Virus record (IMG/VR): IMGVR_UViG_3300022930_000018
Coordinates: 1 to 37,725 of that record
Strand: one strand, 5' to 3'
Length of the DNA: 37,725 nucleotides
Source of the DNA: a virus
Taxonomy: Duplodnaviria; Caudoviricetes
The notes below the pieces were generated by a model. That model saw nothing but the letters and a program-made list of their open reading frames with translations. It made no database searches and was not told the DNA's origin. Positions 35,194-37,725 of the stretch are shown piece by piece. How positions within the stretch are numbered: the stretch's first letter is position 1; each line of letters begins with the position of its first letter. The translations under genes and the position numbers were made by a program.

Positions 35194-35303
35194 TATATTT
35201 GCGTTGTATTAATCGAGTAGAAGCGAATTAATACCATTGACGAAATTTTTAACAATCCTAAACTGCGGAGCCTTCTACCTCCAAAGTTTGGGATTTTTAT
35301 TTT
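35194..35303 (+). promoter_or_regulatory. Promoter plus loop-loop leader of the replication operon (element A)
   Basis: TATATTTG; hairpin 35206-35234 with loop AGTAGAAG; hairpin 35254-35295 with loop CCTTCTAC followed by a T run. Confidence 0.75.
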
Positions 35304-35309
35304 ACCCAT

Positions 35310-36083
35310 ATGCGAGATAGTTCAATATTTTACAGAAGCTTTTATGAAGCATTAAAAGATCTTCCTGCTGAAAACCAAGCCGAATTATACACTGCTATTT
35401 TCGAGTATTCTCTTAACTTTAATGAAGTAGAATTAACAGGTTTATCAAACACGATTTTTAAGCTTATTAAGCCACAATTAAAGGCTAACAATAAGAAATA
35501 TGAAAACGGTAAAAAGGGAGGAGCGCCTAATAAAGAAAACCAAAATGAAACCAAAGAAGAACCAAATAATAACCAAAACGAAACCAAATCAAAAGCTAAT
35601 GTAAATGATAATGATAATTTAAATGAGAATTATAAAGATAAAGAATATAATACTTTGTTCGAAATCAAAGATTTCAACTTTGCAATTTCTAATTTTTCAG
35701 GTAATAAGCAATATTTTTATTTGTGTTACCGATATTGGGAACTCTACAGAAAAGAATATCCCAACCATATGCATTTGAAAACTGCTAAATTCAAAGAATG
35801 GTACGATTCAATTCGTTTAATGGTAGAATCAGATAAACAGTCTATTGATAGAATAGTTGCTATTTACATTTTTCTAACTAAATGCCAAAACAAAGAAAAG
35901 GGATATGAAACATTTTTATTCAGCCAGGTTAAATCTCTAACCGCGCTTAGAAAGAAAACGGCAAGCGGTGAATATCGATTAGATAACTTAGCAACTTTGG
36001 TAAATGAAAAACTTCAAAAGGATGATGAGTTTAATCGAAGCGTAAAAAAGGCAATAGAAACATTTAAAACTAAATTCCAATGA
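35310..36083 (+). CDS. Replication initiator (DUF6291 N-terminal domain)
   Basis: MRDSSIFYRSFYEAL...Y.AIFEY...IKPQL...NGKKGGAP; low-complexity linker; upstream of a helicase-like gene. Confidence 0.8.
   Translation: MRDSSIFYRSFYEALKDLPAENQAELYTAIFEYSLNFNEVELTGLSNTIFKLIKPQLKANNKKYENGKKGGAPNKENQNETKEEPNNNQNETKSKANVNDNDNLNENYKDKEYNTLFEIKDFNFAISNFSGNKQYFYLCYRYWELYRKEYPNHMHLKTAKFKEWYDSIRLMVESDKQSIDRIVAIYIFLTKCQNKEKGYETFLFSQVKSLTALRKKTASGEYRLDNLATLVNEKLQKDDEFNRSVKKAIETFKTKFQ
35538..35588. repeat. Five AACCAAA repeats at 11-bp period; putative origin iterons
   Basis: Copies begin at 35538, 35549, 35560, 35571 and 35582; AT-rich tract follows. Confidence 0.75.
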
Positions 36084-36568
36084 GATCACTAAATAAATTA
36101 ATAAATCGGTTTGAATGGGCGTTAAAGAACAAAAAACCTATCAACCCGAATAGAGAAGATTTGGAAGCCTTAAACGAGTTGTCGGATTATTTCCAAACTC
36201 AAAAATTTAATTCTAATTTAGAAGATAGTTTACTTTTGTTTTGGGTTTTCTGCAATTGGAAATTAGCAATCGAGGAAAGCAAAGTAAAATTTGAAGAGGA
36301 AAAAAGAGGTTATTTGGTTTTGCCTGAATTATCTTTGGTTTTCGATAAACTTTGTTTACTGTTAAATCCTAAAGTTTTTATGATTAATGAAATTACAACC
36401 GATTTACAGTTAGCGCAAAGAAAATTAGGAAATACGATTTCAATAACTGAATCAGAAGTTGAATCTATTTTAGAAGATGCTTTACGAGTGGTTAAGGAAA
36501 TGAAACAACCAATATCACAGTTGTCAAAGTTCGAAAAATTAATAATGCCCAAAACTAAATCCAAATGA
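36080..36568 (+). CDS. Hypothetical protein in the replication operon
   Basis: ATGA overlaps on both sides. Confidence 0.75.
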   Translation: MRSLNKLINRFEWALKNKKPINPNREDLEALNELSDYFQTQKFNSNLEDSLLLFWVFCNWKLAIEESKVKFEEEKRGYLVLPELSLVFDKLCLLLNPKVFMINEITTDLQLAQRKLGNTISITESEVESILEDALRVVKEMKQPISQLSKFEKLIMPKTKSK

Positions 36569-37383
36569 TTAGAAAATTAGACGCTTCGTTATTGGATTTG
36601 GTAGAACCGGAAATTGAAGGTTTTGATATTTCAGAATATTTGATAGATCCATTTGAAAAAGTTCCCGAACCTACACCGATTTTAGCAGTAAAGCAAAATG
36701 GATATCATATATCGATTTTTACAGAAGATAATATATCAATGCTTCAAGGTAGAGCAAAGAGCCGAAAATCAACGTTTATTAAGGCGATAGGGATTGCAAT
36801 TGCTTGCGGTGTTTATGATAGGTTAGAATGTTTTTACCCACGAAACAATTTAGCGATTATTGATACGGAACAAGGGAAGTTTCATTGTTGGCAGTCGGCA
36901 AACTTAATTTCTCAAAAGTCTGGTAAGCGAGTAAATTATTACAAAGTCGCTGGAATGCCCGCTGAAAAAAAGAAATGGTTAGTTGAAGAACATTTGAAAA
37001 GAAATCCGGATTGCGGTTTTATAATTTTGGATAATATAGTTCACTTTTTAAATAACTTTAATGATCCCACGGAATCAGCACAATTAAATGAATGGCTTAT
37101 CAAGATTAAATCTCAATACAATTGTCATATTTTAAACGTGCTGCACGAAAACGGAGGTGATTTTGGAGCAGGAAAGGCTAAAGGACATTTAGGCAGTTTA
37201 TTAGAAAATACTTGTGAGACTATTATAAGAGTTGAAAAAGACAAGGATAATAAAAATCAAAGTATTGTATCGGTAAAAGAATCGAGAGGTCAGGAATTTG
37301 AAGCATTTGCATTAGAGCGAGATATGCAGGGTGTTCCTTTTTTATCCGATTACGTTAAACCATCAAGACAAGGAGAAGTATGA
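36565..37383 (+). CDS. AAA_25/RecA-fold ATPase, putative replicative helicase
   Basis: Walker A GRAKSRKS, IDTEQ, Walker B IILDN, VLHEN, GHLGS. Confidence 0.8.
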   Translation: MIRKLDASLLDLVEPEIEGFDISEYLIDPFEKVPEPTPILAVKQNGYHISIFTEDNISMLQGRAKSRKSTFIKAIGIAIACGVYDRLECFYPRNNLAIIDTEQGKFHCWQSANLISQKSGKRVNYYKVAGMPAEKKKWLVEEHLKRNPDCGFIILDNIVHFLNNFNDPTESAQLNEWLIKIKSQYNCHILNVLHENGGDFGAGKAKGHLGSLLENTCETIIRVEKDKDNKNQSIVSVKESRGQEFEAFALERDMQGVPFLSDYVKPSRQGEV

Positions 37384-37652
37384 ACCAAGCACTAAAAGAC
37401 TTTATTTCGCTTCAAAAGAAACCCGTTTACAATCCTTATTTCGGGTTTTTCAGAGTGGCAAAAAAAGGAATTAACGGAACTGGAAAGTATTATAGAAATA
37501 AAATAGGAAAATTATATTTGAAAAGAATAGTAAAACCAATTTCAAAAGAAAAATTGCAAAATCGATTCTTAAAATATTATGAGCCTAAAATGGGTGTGAA
37601 AATAAAAACTAAAAAAAATGACAGAAGACAAAAGACAGAAAATAAAAGCTGA
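37380..37652 (+). CDS. Basic hypothetical protein spanning the circular junction
   Basis: ATGA overlap with the ATPase gene; Lys-rich. Confidence 0.55.
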   Translation: MNQALKDFISLQKKPVYNPYFGFFRVAKKGINGTGKYYRNKIGKLYLKRIVKPISKEKLQNRFLKYYEPKMGVKIKTKKNDRRQKTENKS

Positions 37653-37725
37653 ACAAGCTTTACAAGTAGCCAAAACGATACAAAGAAAAACAATCGTAGT
37701 TCCGCGCGGAATAACAGGCGATTTA
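37599..37725. repeat. Terminal direct repeat copy 2
   Basis: Identical to 1-127. Confidence 0.95.

Noticed and set aside
298-36564. Short ORFs antisense or out of frame to real genes (e.g. 298-492, 3650-3889, 4088-4297, 4622-4967, 6007-6252, 14338-15518, 20290-21592, 22448-23072, 25484-25666, 26720-27043, 28277-28465, 32426-33131, 34254-34487, 35342-35587, 36310-36564)
   Set aside because: They overlap well-supported genes, mostly start at TTG/GTG, and have shadow-ORF composition
37599-37725. 127-bp terminal repeat as a biological DTR or att site
   Set aside because: Length matches a common assembly k-mer and it falls inside coding sequence; best read as circular overlap
1-37725. Alternative genetic code
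   Set aside because: Genes tile the genome fully under the standard code, with TAA, TAG and TGA all used as stops

Overview
The window is a complete, circularly assembled genome (37,598 bp unique; bases 1-127 recur at 37599-37725) of an AT-rich siphovirus. The host is probably a Flavobacteriia member, inferred from TAnnTTTG-type promoters, A-rich start contexts without Shine-Dalgarno sites, and a signal peptide followed by Gln. The + strand arm (29926 across the origin to 5503) carries early functions: RHH and XRE regulators, a YqaJ exonuclease, a DUF6291 replication initiator with internal iterons, an AAA helicase-like ATPase, two amino-methyltransferases, a tRNA-like RNA and many small hypothetical genes. 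The - strand arm (29672 to 5559) carries a C5 methyltransferase, NinG, terminase, an HK97-type head, a non-contractile tail with a GGGAAAG frameshift, and a lysis cassette (holin, u-spanin, GH19 endolysin). No integrase, DNA polymerase or CRISPR array was seen. The most unusual content is non-coding: (i) three promoter-proximal leaders whose 5' loop is complementary to the loop of a downstream terminator-like hairpin, each with a different 7-mer pair; (ii) three 3'-UTR segments, just before terminators, that are antisense to translation-start regions, one matching the first lysis-cassette gene at 16/17; (iii) a tRNA cloverleaf with a greatly extended anticodon arm; (iv) a five-copy TATATTAGA late-promoter motif; (v) Fur-box-like palindromes. 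All calls come from reading the sequence and motifs; no searches were run.
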